NCBI GenBank assembly: GCA_963665115.1
Contig: OY762007.1
Location: forward strand, 2,496,001-2,560,000
Reading direction: 5' to 3'
DNA length: 64,000 nt
Source: an uncultured Rivularia sp.
Lineage (GTDB): Bacteria > Cyanobacteriota > Cyanobacteriia > Cyanobacteriales > Nostocaceae
Program-made: the position numbers and the translations under genes
The notes under the pieces: generated by a model
Seen by the model: only the letters and a program-made list of their open reading frames with translations
Databases searched by the model: none
Told to the model about the DNA's origin: nothing
Shown here: piece by piece, positions 44,132 through 55,223 of the stretch
Numbering within the stretch: the stretch's first letter is position 1
How the letters are laid out: each line of letters begins with the position of its first letter

Positions 44132-47100
44132 TTAAACAAGATACTCATAAGCACCAATATCGGGTTCTCCAGTTCCATCTCCATTTCCATCCTCGTCTCG
44201 CTGTATTCCATCTTTGTCGATAGATGCATAATTGGGGATCAAAGCCGAACCTATATCAATAGCAGCAGAAGTTGAAGATAAATGATAATCATTTGCTTGT
44301 AAATCTACAAAACCAATTGATGCAACTTGAGTGTTGTTTGTTTGTGTAAGGTTATTTAATCCGGTTCCACCTTCGTAGAGTACGTTATAACCATTCGTAA
44401 ACAAGTTATTGTCTAAGACTAAATCATTTGCTTCTTTGATGAAACCATTTTGGAAGGTGGAATTAGCGAAAATATTGTTACGGACTAAAACATCAAACGT
44501 TTCGTAGCCACCATAAAAGGTACCGTCAATAAAGATAGATTGAACATTCCCAACGACAGTATTATTGATAATCTCAACATCACTAACGTTGCTAGTTACC
44601 ATTATTCCAGCACCACCGTTTACACCTACGAGTCCATTGCCATAAACAATGTTGTTATAAACTCTAATATCCTTAACATCCCCTTGTTGGGGTATTTCGT
44701 CAGCAATTACAATCCCATCTGCGGTATTGTTGTAGACAATATTGTTGTAAACATCAATGTTGAAAACGTTAGCCCGACTTCCTTCTACATAAATAGCTGG
44801 GCCACCGTTATAACCTGCATTAGTTCCAGAAATTTGTGCAACACCAGTCACGGTATTATTGTGAATGCTACCGTTACGAGAGCCAGTCTTAGCATCTATA
44901 CCCTCGCGGTTTCCTTCTTTCACAATATTGTTTGCAACTTCAAAACCATCTACACCCCAAATACTTAAAGCTTCTTGGGCTCCTGTGAGGGTCTCCTCTA
45001 CCAGTCCATCTCCAGTTTGCTCGTTCAATGGTGTTATTCAGTATCTTGATATCTTGACTGGTAACTTCAGCTTCTCCTCCTCCGAAAAATGTATCTGGCA
45101 TCACAATAATCCCAGAAGCACCTGTTTCAAAAGTATGATTATTTTGCACAATCATATTATTTGCATTTCGTAGCGAGATACCAGCCCAAGATGTGTTTTC
45201 AATTCGGAAGCCATCAATAATCCAGTAACCCCGATTAGCAGACTGAATTACACCCTCTCTAAAATTGCCAACAATAGGGTCTGGATCTTTGAGAATTACG
45301 CTACCATCAGCTTTCAAAGTAATATGACCTAGTTCTTCGTTACCCGATTTATCCAGGGTAATTAATTCTGTGTATGTTCCAGGTTGTACTAATACTGTAT
45401 CTCCTGCTTTAACGCTAGAAAATTTGCTCGCAGCATAGTTGATAGTTTTCCAAGGCTGGTCTGATGTACCTGGATTATTATCGTTACCATTGGGTGAAAC
45501 GTAGTATGTAGTAGGTGTATGAGAATCTATTCTAATAAATTCAATTTTGTCAACACGTGCCGGTTCCCCAGCATTTCCTTGGACTACAATCTCGAAAGAA
45601 TCACCTTGTTGTAACGAGATTTCTGAATGAGTTATCCGCTCGGTTAAACTTGCAGCAGTCGCACCAGCAGAACCTAAATCTTGGTTCCATGAAAAGGTTT
45701 GAGTATCACCCGCAACCGTAACGCTTGCAGAAGAAACTCCATCATTCTCATCGAAATAACTAACTTTTACTTGATAATTTCCAGCTTCACCATTGAAAAT
45801 ACCCGCAGCGGTTCCAGAGCTTGCACCGCTACCAACGAGAGAAACGTGTTTCTCACCAGAAGAAATAACATTGGATTCCTTTAGATAGTTAGTTAGAGTT
45901 AAGTTTTCTGCTTCGTAACTTACAACTGCTTCAGGTGCAGCTTCGACAAAATTAAATTTAATAAAGTCAAAACGTCCGGCTTCACCATTGTTAGATTGTG
46001 CTTCAATCTCGAAAGCATCACCTGGTTTTAGCAAGATTCTTTGATGGGTGATATGTTCGGCTGAAGTTATACCTGACGCACCACCATAACCTAAATCTTG
46101 GTCAAACGAAAAGTTTTTAATATTACCTGCAACTGTAATGCTCGCAGGCGATACTCCATCATTCTCGTCGTAATAACCTACCGTTACATCATAAATTCCT
46201 CTTATACCATTGAAATTACCCCGTGCGATTCCAGAGTTTGCACCGCTACCAACTAGAGAAACATGGTCGTTACCTGAAGAGAGAGCGTATGATTCAACCT
46301 GGAAATTAATCAACTCTAAGTCTTCTACTTCATAACCTATAATTGCTGGTGCATTTGCCACAACATTGAACTCAATAGAGTCAACACGTGCGGGTTCTCC
46401 ACCATTACCTTGGACTCCAATCTCGAAAGTATCACCGGATTCTAACAAAATTGCTGAATGGGTAATACGTTCGGTTAAAGTTGCAGTTGAAGCACCAGCA
46501 GAACCTAAATCCTTGTCCCATAAAAAGTTTTGAGTATTGCCAGCAACCGTTACGCTAGCAGAAGAGACTCCATCACTCTCGTCGTAATAATTGACTTTTA
46601 CTTCGTAAATTCCTTTTTCACCATCGAAAGTACCTGTTGCTGTTCCAGAGCTTGCGTTGCTACCAACTAGAGAAATATGTTTACCACCCGAAGAAAGGTT
46701 ATTAGATTCCTTTAGATAGTTGGTAAGGGTTAAATCTTCTGCTTCGTAAAACACATTTTGAGGTTCGGGTTCCTGAAGGATAAATTCAATCTTGTCAACA
46801 CGTGCGGGTTCCCCGTTGTTCGATTGTCCTTCAATCTTGAAAATATCACCCTGTTCCAACTGGATTGCTGAATGAGTTATCCGCTCGGTTAAAGCTCCAG
46901 ATACGGGACCTGCAAAACCTAAATCTTCGTCAGACAAAAAGCTTTGAGTATTACCTGCTACAGTTACGCTTAAAGGTGATACTCCATCATTTTCGTCGTA
47001 ATAAACTATATTTACTTCATAAATCCCTGCTTCGCCATTAAACACACCTTCCGCAATTCCACTGTTAGTACCTCCATTCGCAAAAATATGGGCACCACCT

Positions 47101-47186
47101 GAAGATATTGGATTTGCTTCAACTTGATAGTTGGTAAGAGTTAAATCTTCTGCTTCATAACTAAGTATTGTGTCGAAACCATTCAT
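44132..47186 (-). CDS. Paralogous beta-helix protein with four N-terminal CBM6/35-like repeats; frameshift at G3 run 44989-44991
   Basis: Four YE(A/V)E.L.L.N repeats of ~140 aa; correction gives WTGRGDLTGAQEAL, matching paralog WTGRGDTRGTQEAL. Confidence 0.8.
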
Positions 47187-47766
47187 AAGTATTTCTCCAA
47201 AGAAATGAGTTCGGCAAATACACCCTTGTCACAATTAAGCACTGATATTTTTACTTATATTACTTCTATCTAACTGAATTTCAACCTTTTTTATACTTAC
47301 TTCATAGAGTAAATACTTACTTCACAATTCCGACAAATTATTAAGGTTTGTAACTTTTAGTACAACTTCCGATTCTACTTCCAAAAAGTTCATGGAAACT
47401 CGTGAAAAAATGCATTAAATATTTAGAGTAAATTTAAAGCTGACTTTTTAAGATTTTATTGATTGAAAATGACTACTAAACCAACACAAGATGGTGGAGT
47501 AAGGGTAGGGAGTAAAAAACGCTAGTTTTCCAACTTTCAAGTAAATTTGACGTATTTGCCGTTTTGTGTTGAGAATAATTACCCAAATCTTTATTGGGTA
47601 CTGTTATCAGCGACAACTTAAAGTTTTTGTATATATTCAACTAGATGTTGGTAAAATCAACGAGGCAAATTATCAAATCATCAGTTACAAGAGTAATGTT
47701 ACCTTTATTACTCAGGTAACTGAAGTTAATTTTATATTGTCTGGGTCTTCATTACTTGTTATTATT

Positions 47767-49777
47767 ATGCCTGTTAAATATTTTTTATTCTTGAAAGGTT
47801 ATAAATACTGTCAGTGGTTAAGTTTTGCCGTCTTATCCAGTTTTGCTTTAGTAAAACCCACGTATGCTAAAGAATTAAATAATACAGCTAAGTTTTCACA
47901 ATATAATAAAGAACCATTAACTATAGCTTCAAAGGGCATAAGGCTAAAGGATGCTATTCAAAAAAATAAATCGAAGCGTGTCAATTCGGTTTTGCCAATT
48001 TCAAATAGCTTAGATTCAAATTCAAATTCAAACTTAGCTTCCAACTTAACTTCAAAGCAAGCTGTAGATGCAGATATTTTGTGGAGATATCCAGAAGTTC
48101 TTTCTCAAGCACCACAGCGGGATCGAAATTCTCCTCAAGATACCACTAAACCTCCATCAGAGCGGCAGCTTCGGGAACCAAACATACCACCAACTTTACC
48201 ACCACCAGAAGACTTATTAGAACCAAACGGTACACCTGCGACACCAGAAATTAACCCATCTGGAGAACTTTCTCAAAAGATTACTATAGATAATTTTGTT
48301 ATTAAAGGTAGTACGGTTTTTAGTGACGAAGATTTTGATGAAATTACCAAACCTTATACCAATCGTGCAATAACATTCGCCGAACTTTTACAACTGCGAT
48401 CGCAACTGACAAAGCTGTATTTAGATAAAGGGTATATCACTAGTGGAGCTTTTATTCCAACTCAAAAGTTTCAAGACGGTACGGTTGAAATCGAGATAAT
48501 TGAAGGTGAATTAGAAGATATTAAAGTCAGTGGAAACAGCAGGTTAAATTCTGGATATATTCGTTCTCGGATTAGTAGGGGTGCAAGAAAACCTCTGAAT
48601 CGCGAAAAGCTGCTTGAATCATTACAGTTATTGCAGCTAAATCCTTTAATAGACAAGCTTTCAGCCGAACTTTCAGCCGGTACTCGTCCCCGGAGAAAGT
48701 CTATTAGAACTAGATATCAAAGAAAGCAAAACTTTTAACACCCAACTGAGTTTGGATAACGGGCGATCGCCAGCAGTAGGAAGTTTTCGCCGTCAAATTC
48801 AAGTAAGTGAAGCGAACTTATTCGGTTGGGGTGACAGTATCAGCGGTGGTTACAGTAATACCGACGGTAGCAACGCATTTGATTTCAACTACACTTTGCC
48901 AGTAAATCCCCGCAACGGGACTTTATCATTCAGCTACGGTACTTCCGATAGCGATGTAATTGAAAGTCCGTTCAACGTGCTTGATATTCAATCTAAGTCT
49001 AATTACTACGAACTATCACTACGTCAACCCATAGTAGAAACACCCAACAAAGAATTTGCTGTGGGGATAACAGCGAGTCGTCGAGAAAGTAAAGCAAGCT
49101 TGTTTAATGGTGAAATTCCCTTTCCTAATTCACCAGGTGCAGACGAAGACGGAAGAACCCGTATTAGTGCGGTACGTTTCTTTCAAGAATGGACAAATCG
49201 TAGCAGCAGCCAAGTTTTCGCCTTACGTTCTCAGTTCAGCGTTGGATTAGACGCTCTAGATTCCACAACTAACGATACATCTCCCGATAGTCGCTTTTAC
49301 GCTTGGAGAGGACAAGCACAGTGGGTACGCCTTTTAGCACCCGATACACTGTTTTTATTACGGGGCGACGTACAGTTCGCAGATAGACCTTTAGTTCCTT
49401 TAGAGCAAATTGGTATAGGCGGGCAAGAAAGTGTCAGAGGATACCGTCAAGATGCCTTACTTACAGATAACGCCGTTTTTGCATCAGCCGAAGTTAGATT
49501 TCCGGTTGCTCGTTTTCCCGGAGAAAACAACCTTTTGCAAGTTGCTCCCTTCATAGACTTTGGTACTGCTTGGAATCGAGGAGGTAGAGATGATTCCAAC
49601 GGCGGAGAAGGTGAAACCGAAACTCTATTATCTTTAGGACTGGGATTGCGTCTGCAACTACAAGAACGACTCACAGCCCGCTTTGACTGGGGAATTCCCT
49701 TAATTACAGTTGAAGGAGACAAAGACACCTTGCAAGAAAATGGTTTGTATTTTTCCGTAATTTATAATCCGTTTTGA
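47767..49777 (+). CDS. ShlB/FhaC/HecB (TpsB, Omp85 family) outer-membrane protein; frameshift at C4 run 48688-48691
   Basis: POTRA (Y..KGYITSGA), DNGRSP.VG, GG.ESVRGY, terminal Phe. Confidence 0.88.
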
Positions 49778-49885
49778 GAAGTTAATAGTTGGGGATTGGG
49801 GATTGGGGATTGGGGATGGGACATTACGGATTAGATACTATATAGAGGTAAGAATATTTAACCTTTAACCTTTAACCTTAATGAT

Positions 49886-50608
49886 ATGGACTTGAAATCG
49901 TTAGAAAATAAACTAAACACCAGTGTCGATCGTATAGGAATATGGTGGTTGATTGGGGCTGCTGTAGCTACGGTTGTACTGTGGCAAGTACCCTATGGAG
50001 ATTATATTTTATACCCATTTTCTATCTTAGCTACTTGGTTTCATGAAATGGGTCATGGTTTAGCAGCAATATTTTTAGGTGGAACCTTTCGGCAACTAGA
50101 AATCTTTCCTAATGGTTCTGGTGTAGCTACTCACAGCGGCAGATTATTTTTAGGCCCGATTGGGCGAGCCTTCGTAGCTGCTGCCGGATTGATGGGGCCG
50201 CCAATTGCCGGTGCTATCTTAATTTTGGCATCGCGCAGTTTCAAGACAGCCAGCATCAGTTTAAAAATATTAGGCGGATTTCTACTATTTTCAGTATTAA
50301 TATGGGTGCGATCGCTCTTTGGAATAGTAGCAATTCTACTCTTAGGTTTAATCATCCTTGGTATTGGCATCAAAGGCAATCGTTGGTTTCAAGGATTTAG
50401 CATTCAATTTCTGGGAGTTCAAGCTTGTATAAGTACTTACCATCAACTTGATTATTTGTTTACCCCTACCGCAGGTCCTTTGGGAGTTTCCGATACAGGA
50501 CAAATACAGCGACAATTGTTTTTACCTTATTGGTTTTGGGGTGGATTAATCGCAGTTGCCTCTCTCGTTATTCTCATACAAAGCTTGCGAATAGCTTATA
50601 AGCAGTGA
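49886..50608 (+). CDS. M50B-like membrane metallopeptidase
   Basis: HEMGH motif, several TM helices, SD motif. Confidence 0.85.
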   Translation: MDLKSLENKLNTSVDRIGIWWLIGAAVATVVLWQVPYGDYILYPFSILATWFHEMGHGLAAIFLGGTFRQLEIFPNGSGVATHSGRLFLGPIGRAFVAAAGLMGPPIAGAILILASRSFKTASISLKILGGFLLFSVLIWVRSLFGIVAILLLGLIILGIGIKGNRWFQGFSIQFLGVQACISTYHQLDYLFTPTAGPLGVSDTGQIQRQLFLPYWFWGGLIAVASLVILIQSLRIAYKQ

Positions 50609-50659
50609 GCAATTATCAATTATTTATTGTTTATTGATAATTGTTCACTGATGACTGAC

Positions 50660-51226
50660 TCACCCAAACGGTTGTCCCCAAAGTTTCCAATTTTCTTTAT
50701 TGAAAGGGGACCTCCATTTCTGAATTAATTCTAGTTCTAACTTTTGCCTGGGACGAGCTGAATGGGGTGTATCCCACCAAAAAGCAATATTAACTGCTGT
50801 CTTTAAACCGTATTGGTAATGCAAGTCCTGATACTTTTCAATGTATCGCTTGCAATCATGTACTCCTTTCCACCTGTGATTAGATTTACAGGTTTCACCA
50901 ACATATAGAAGTAGATCGGCAGCCATATCTATCACAAAGTAAAGACAAGCTTGACCGGGACTATCTGCTGGTATTCTATAAAATGACAGCGAACAAGGTT
51001 TTAGTTCAAACGGGTCTATTATATCTGAGTCAACGTGTGCTGAAGACACCTCAAATAAAGCACCTTGCAGCACTGGTTCTTTTGTTCTCACTTGTTGTTG
51101 ATGGGCGGATATTTGCTTTTTCCACTTTTTTAAAGCTTTCACATCCATTAACAACACGGGAGTTCTGCTAACTGTTGTAGTTGGCATCTCCGACGGTGAG
51201 AACAAATCAAGCTGATTCGTTTTCAC
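50660..51226 (-). CDS. GIY-YIG nuclease family protein
   Basis: CLYF...LLYVGET...RW...H, E..LI..W..PFN. Confidence 0.75.
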   Translation of the reverse strand: MKTNQLDLFSPSEMPTTTVSRTPVLLMDVKALKKWKKQISAHQQQVRTKEPVLQGALFEVSSAHVDSDIIDPFELKPCSLSFYRIPADSPGQACLYFVIDMAADLLLYVGETCKSNHRWKGVHDCKRYIEKYQDLHYQYGLKTAVNIAFWWDTPHSARPRQKLELELIQKWRSPFNKENWKLWGQPFG

Positions 51227-51331
51227 GCTTCATTTCCACAGAACGCAACTTGCGAATCCTATCATTAATTTGTGATTAATCAGACATAAAAATAAGTTTT
51301 AATTTTTACTTTGTCAGAGGATATTGATTTG

Positions 51332-51528
51332 AGGTTCGTAGTCAGGAATTTAGTCCTCGTATCAAAGCGCTGAAGCGCTTACTACGAACTTAAAAGAATT
51401 AGTTTGTAGTAAGGACTTTAGTCCTCGTATCAAAGCGAAGACAGCGCTTACTACGAACCTAAAATAACTGGTTTGTAGTAAGGACTTTAGTCCTTGTATC
51501 AAAGCGCTGAAGCACTTACTACGAACCT
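51332..51528. repeat. Array of three REP doublets (68-69 bp period) downstream of the RAYT gene
   Basis: GTAG at 51338, 51406 and 51475; GTAGTAAGGACTTTAGTCCT paired with inverted GTAGTAAGCGCTTCAGCGCT. Confidence 0.92.
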
Positions 51529-52123
51529 AGAAATTATCCCAATCAACACCAAAATCTTTTACTGGATAATTAACCCAACAATCGCGCAACCATTGTCTTT
51601 CATGATTTTCTAAATACCAGCCTACGCTACATTCAGACCATTCATAAGGAGATTTTACCCAACCATGTTTTACTGAATTGTAATGAATATAATTCAAAGT
51701 TGTATAGTAATGTCTTGCAGAACGGATTGCTCTATCTGAATAAGAGTACCAAACTTTACGATTCCTAACTTTATCTTCTTTGTTCCACTGATAAGAAGTA
51801 GAGCCATGAACTAAACGAAAGATATTACTTAATGAATTAAAATCAGTAACATAAGCTAAAAGGTGGTAATGATTTGGTAGAATTGTCCAAGCGCATATTT
51901 CCAAACCATTTACAATAAATTGTTCAAATATTTTATCTAATAATTGCTGGCGACGGAATTGTAATTTCATGTGATGTTGATGCTCCTAGCAAGCTGCTGT
52001 TAATAAATAGAAATTTTTCTCTCGTATTAAATGAGGTGGAGAATGAGGAGGAAAACCTAAAAATAAGCGTTGCTGTACCAACTCTTTTCGTTGTACTAAT
52101 GTTAAATGGCGATATTCGTACAT
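51527..52123 (-). pseudogene. REP-associated tyrosine transposase (RAYT/TnpA-REP, HUH Y1) with in-frame TAG at 51986-51988
   Basis: LPNHYHLL HUH motif, W..SYSDRAIR, NYIHYNSVKHG; upstream frame MYEYRH...YLLTAAC*EHQHHM is contiguous. Confidence 0.85.
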
Positions 52124-52226
52124 AGTTTATTAAGTTATTTTCTTATGGCTAAATAATTTAACACTAATCTAATTGACTTATAGGAATTTTGTCAGTAGTT
52201 TGGCTAAATAATGTTGTTTATGTGAA

Positions 52227-52353
52227 GAGTTCGTAGTCAGGACTTTAGTCCTCGTATCAAAGCGCTGAAGCGCTTACTAAGAACCTAAAAGAACTGGTTT
52301 GTAGTCAGGACTTTAGTCCTCGTATCAAAGCGAAGACAGCGCCTAATACAAAC
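52227..52353. repeat. Array of two REP doublets upstream of the RAYT gene
   Basis: GTAG at 52233 and 52301, same unit as 51332-51528. Confidence 0.92.
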
Positions 52354-52362
52354 ATATATTCA

Positions 52363-53118
52363 TCAGCGAATATCCTTATAAAACCGTTTGAGATAGTTAG
52401 TATCAACACCTATCCCCCAAAGGAACCCGATATATAAATAGATTGCATTTGCTTTCCAAGCACCCCAACGTGCAACGCGACGATCTGAACTTTGCACTAC
52501 ACGGTTTACCAAACGTATACTTCCCTTCTGTACAATTTTTCGACATAAATCCCCATCTTCCATGATGGGTAACGCTTCATCAAAACCACCGCAATCCCAA
52601 AAATCATTGCGACGACAAAACATTACTTGATCCCCAAACAATAAACGCAAACCTTTGAAAAACAAATGAGGTTTAAATAGCAACGGCGCATAATAGGTTT
52701 TAAGATAATTATGTAGCGAAGTACCCCAGCGAGTAGTTTGCTCACCAGTCATTAAAGAAATAAAACCACCACAAGCAACCGTTGGATCGGCTAAAGTTTT
52801 ATCAATTAAAGTAATTAGATCGTCGGGTACGGTGGTATCTGCATGGAGGAAGCATAAAATATCTCCGGTTGCTTTTTCTGCTCCATAGTTCATTTGTACC
52901 GAACGTCCCCGATGGTGAGATTCAAGAAGTTGCGTTTTTACCCTTGAAGAAAAAGATTTGAAAGCAGATTCTGCAATTATCGCAGTTTCATCTTCGCTAC
53001 CACCGTCAACCACAATAATTTCTTTGGGTAGTGGTGAGAGTAGAGCGAGTTGACGCAAAGTTCTACCCAAGCTGGTTTCTTCATTAAAAGCCGGAATAAT
53101 TATCGAAACTGAGGCCAT
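52363..53118 (-). CDS. GT2 glycosyltransferase (TIGR04283-like)
   Basis: SIIIPAFNEE, VVDGGSED, GRSVQMN.GA, FLHAD, FGDQ, MED. Confidence 0.88.
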   Translation of the reverse strand: MASVSIIIPAFNEETSLGRTLRQLALLSPLPKEIIVVDGGSEDETAIIAESAFKSFSSRVKTQLLESHHRGRSVQMNYGAEKATGDILCFLHADTTVPDDLITLIDKTLADPTVACGGFISLMTGEQTTRWGTSLHNYLKTYYAPLLFKPHLFFKGLRLLFGDQVMFCRRNDFWDCGGFDEALPIMEDGDLCRKIVQKGSIRLVNRVVQSSDRRVARWGAWKANAIYLYIGFLWGIGVDTNYLKRFYKDIR

Positions 53119-53192
53119 TAATTATCAGTTATCACTTATCAGTTATCAAATAAATTAAATTACTTAATTCTCAATGCCCAATGCCCAATGCC

Positions 53193-53639
53193 CTATTCGC
53201 TTACACGATATTTTGATTTGAGCAGTTTTCCCCAAATAGAATTGTAGGGATGGACGGTTTCGACTTGATGCTTGTTTGTAAAAATTGGTTTTTCTTTATT
53301 AGCCCATTGAAAAATACCACCACTCAAATTAAATACATTTTGATATCCTGCTGAAGACAGTTGTTGAGCTACCTTAGCGCTACGATAGCCAACCGAACAA
53401 TAAACCACGATAGGGGTATTTAAAGGAACTTCCGAAATTGCCGCGATAGCTTGGTTAGTCGGTTCAATCCATTGTGCCAATTTAATATGACTGACTGCGT
53501 ATTCTTCTTGGGAACGTGCATCTAAAATTAGGGGAGTTGATGAAGCTTTTCGATCTAGCCATCGTATAAACTGAGAAATTTTTACCGACTTCACATTAGG
53601 AAAATTAAGCTTGATAAGTAGTTCGAGCAACCAGAACAT
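53193..53639 (-). CDS. Rhodanese-like domain protein
   Basis: LDAR..EY.VSHI, VVYCSVGYRS, NLSGGIFQW. Confidence 0.88.
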   Translation of the reverse strand: MFWLLELLIKLNFPNVKSVKISQFIRWLDRKASSTPLILDARSQEEYAVSHIKLAQWIEPTNQAIAAISEVPLNTPIVVYCSVGYRSAKVAQQLSSAGYQNVFNLSGGIFQWANKEKPIFTNKHQVETVHPYNSIWGKLLKSKYRVSE

Positions 53640-54273
53640 GATTCCGTACCTCCAAAACAACTATAGCAACGGATATATCGGTTGGGACATCATATTTTGC
53701 TTACAGGGAAAGGAAGAAAAGATGAAGTTTAAGTATTTTCACCTTTGTTTAAATAAAAAATATGTATATTTTACAATGACTTTATTAATCTAATTAAATT
53801 TGAGTGCATAATGCTTAATACATCTATGTTATTTAAAACAGGGCGATCTACCGTAATTTACGATGTTAATACGCAGTATTAGCTATCTATAAAGGACTCT
53901 GACTGCGTTATTCGTACATAAGCCCTATTGCACGAAAAGTTAATTGTGTAATTCAAAACAAATTTGGTGCTTTATTAATCAATTAATTAAGCAGTTCTTA
54001 ATTAAACCGATTACTAAATTTTTGAATCTCGAAAACCAGTGAATCGCTATTTTTATAGCAATGGTTATATCGAGACGGGACATCTTTAAATTACTTCAGA
54101 GAGAATTGTTGGAGCAGAAAACTGTTTTAACTTAACTGTTGTGGCTACTGCTACGAAAAGCGATCGAAGAGATACCGTCAAAAAGCTCAAGCTTAGTAAC
54201 GCCGGATAATTGCAAACTCTTTAATGATTAATTGTTAACTTATCATTCATAACCCTTTTAAGGAATCATACAT

Positions 54274-54903
54274 ATGTCCGTTGCAACTATTCTCAAAAGA
54301 CTTTCTATTGCTACTGCTGGAGCAGCTACTATTGTTTTAACAACAGCTTACTCTGCATCAGCCGCTTCAATCTCGTTTGATTTTAGCGGTAATGGTGGAA
54401 AAGAAAATTCATTTAACCTGACAAAAGACGGGCTAACTGTAACTGCAACCGGAGAACTTGTTGATGGTACTGCTCGCGATGTTCTCCAAGACGGAGATGG
54501 CTTTGGAATCTTTGCTGGGGGGACAGAAAATAAACAAATTGATGGTGTAAATGCTAATAAAAGAGAGACTCTCAATCTAAATTTTGATAAGTTAGTAACT
54601 CTACTTTCTGCTACTTTTACTAAAGTCGATAGTGGCGATAACTTTAAACTATTAGTCGATGGAAATCAATTTATTTCCTCCACTCCGATTCCCGGTAGTG
54701 GAACTTTTGACTTTACTTCATTGAAGGCGACGGGTACAGACTTGGGTTTCAGTATCAATGATAGTGATGACGATTACTTTTTGAAAAGTGTAACAGTTAA
54801 AGAAGTCCCCGAGCCTACAACTATTTTAGGTTCATTACTAGTCAGTGGATTCGGCGCGATGTTTTATAAAAAGCGTAAAAATCAGTCCGATAATATCGCT
54901 TAA
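54274..54903 (+). CDS. PEP-CTERM sorting domain surface protein
   Basis: Signal peptide ending ASA; C-terminal VPEPTTILG-TM-KKRK. Confidence 0.92.
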   Translation: MSVATILKRLSIATAGAATIVLTTAYSASAASISFDFSGNGGKENSFNLTKDGLTVTATGELVDGTARDVLQDGDGFGIFAGGTENKQIDGVNANKRETLNLNFDKLVTLLSATFTKVDSGDNFKLLVDGNQFISSTPIPGSGTFDFTSLKATGTDLGFSINDSDDDYFLKSVTVKEVPEPTTILGSLLVSGFGAMFYKKRKNQSDNIA

Positions 54904-55223
54904 ATAAGCACGAATATAGCTGTTTGCTATAAGTAGATTATTTTTAACCTGGTTTTTTGAAGAAGCCGGGTTTTTCTTATAAGTATTTAATCCATAGAGC
55001 AGGCAGAAATATCTTTTCTAACAAGAAAATATTACTTGTATAATCAATGAATTTTTTACAAACTCTTCATATGATAATGTAAATTTTTGGGAGAGAATCA
55101 TTAATGCTGATGTATTAAAATAAACAAGTATTTTTGATAGTTAGAAAAAACAGGCTGTCAAAAATCTCATATTTCAGGGCTTTACCACAACTGCGTCGTA
55201 AAAAATAGATAGCGCAATTTGCA

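Noticed and set aside
47186..47260. c-di-GMP-I riboswitch suggested by GGCAAA/TTGCCGAA
   Set aside because: The P2/P3 elements (GAAA loop, GACGCAAAGC) are absent
51332..51528. Possible CRISPR array (68-bp period)
   Set aside because: Inter-repeat segments are also repeated; these are GTAG REP doublets flanking a RAYT
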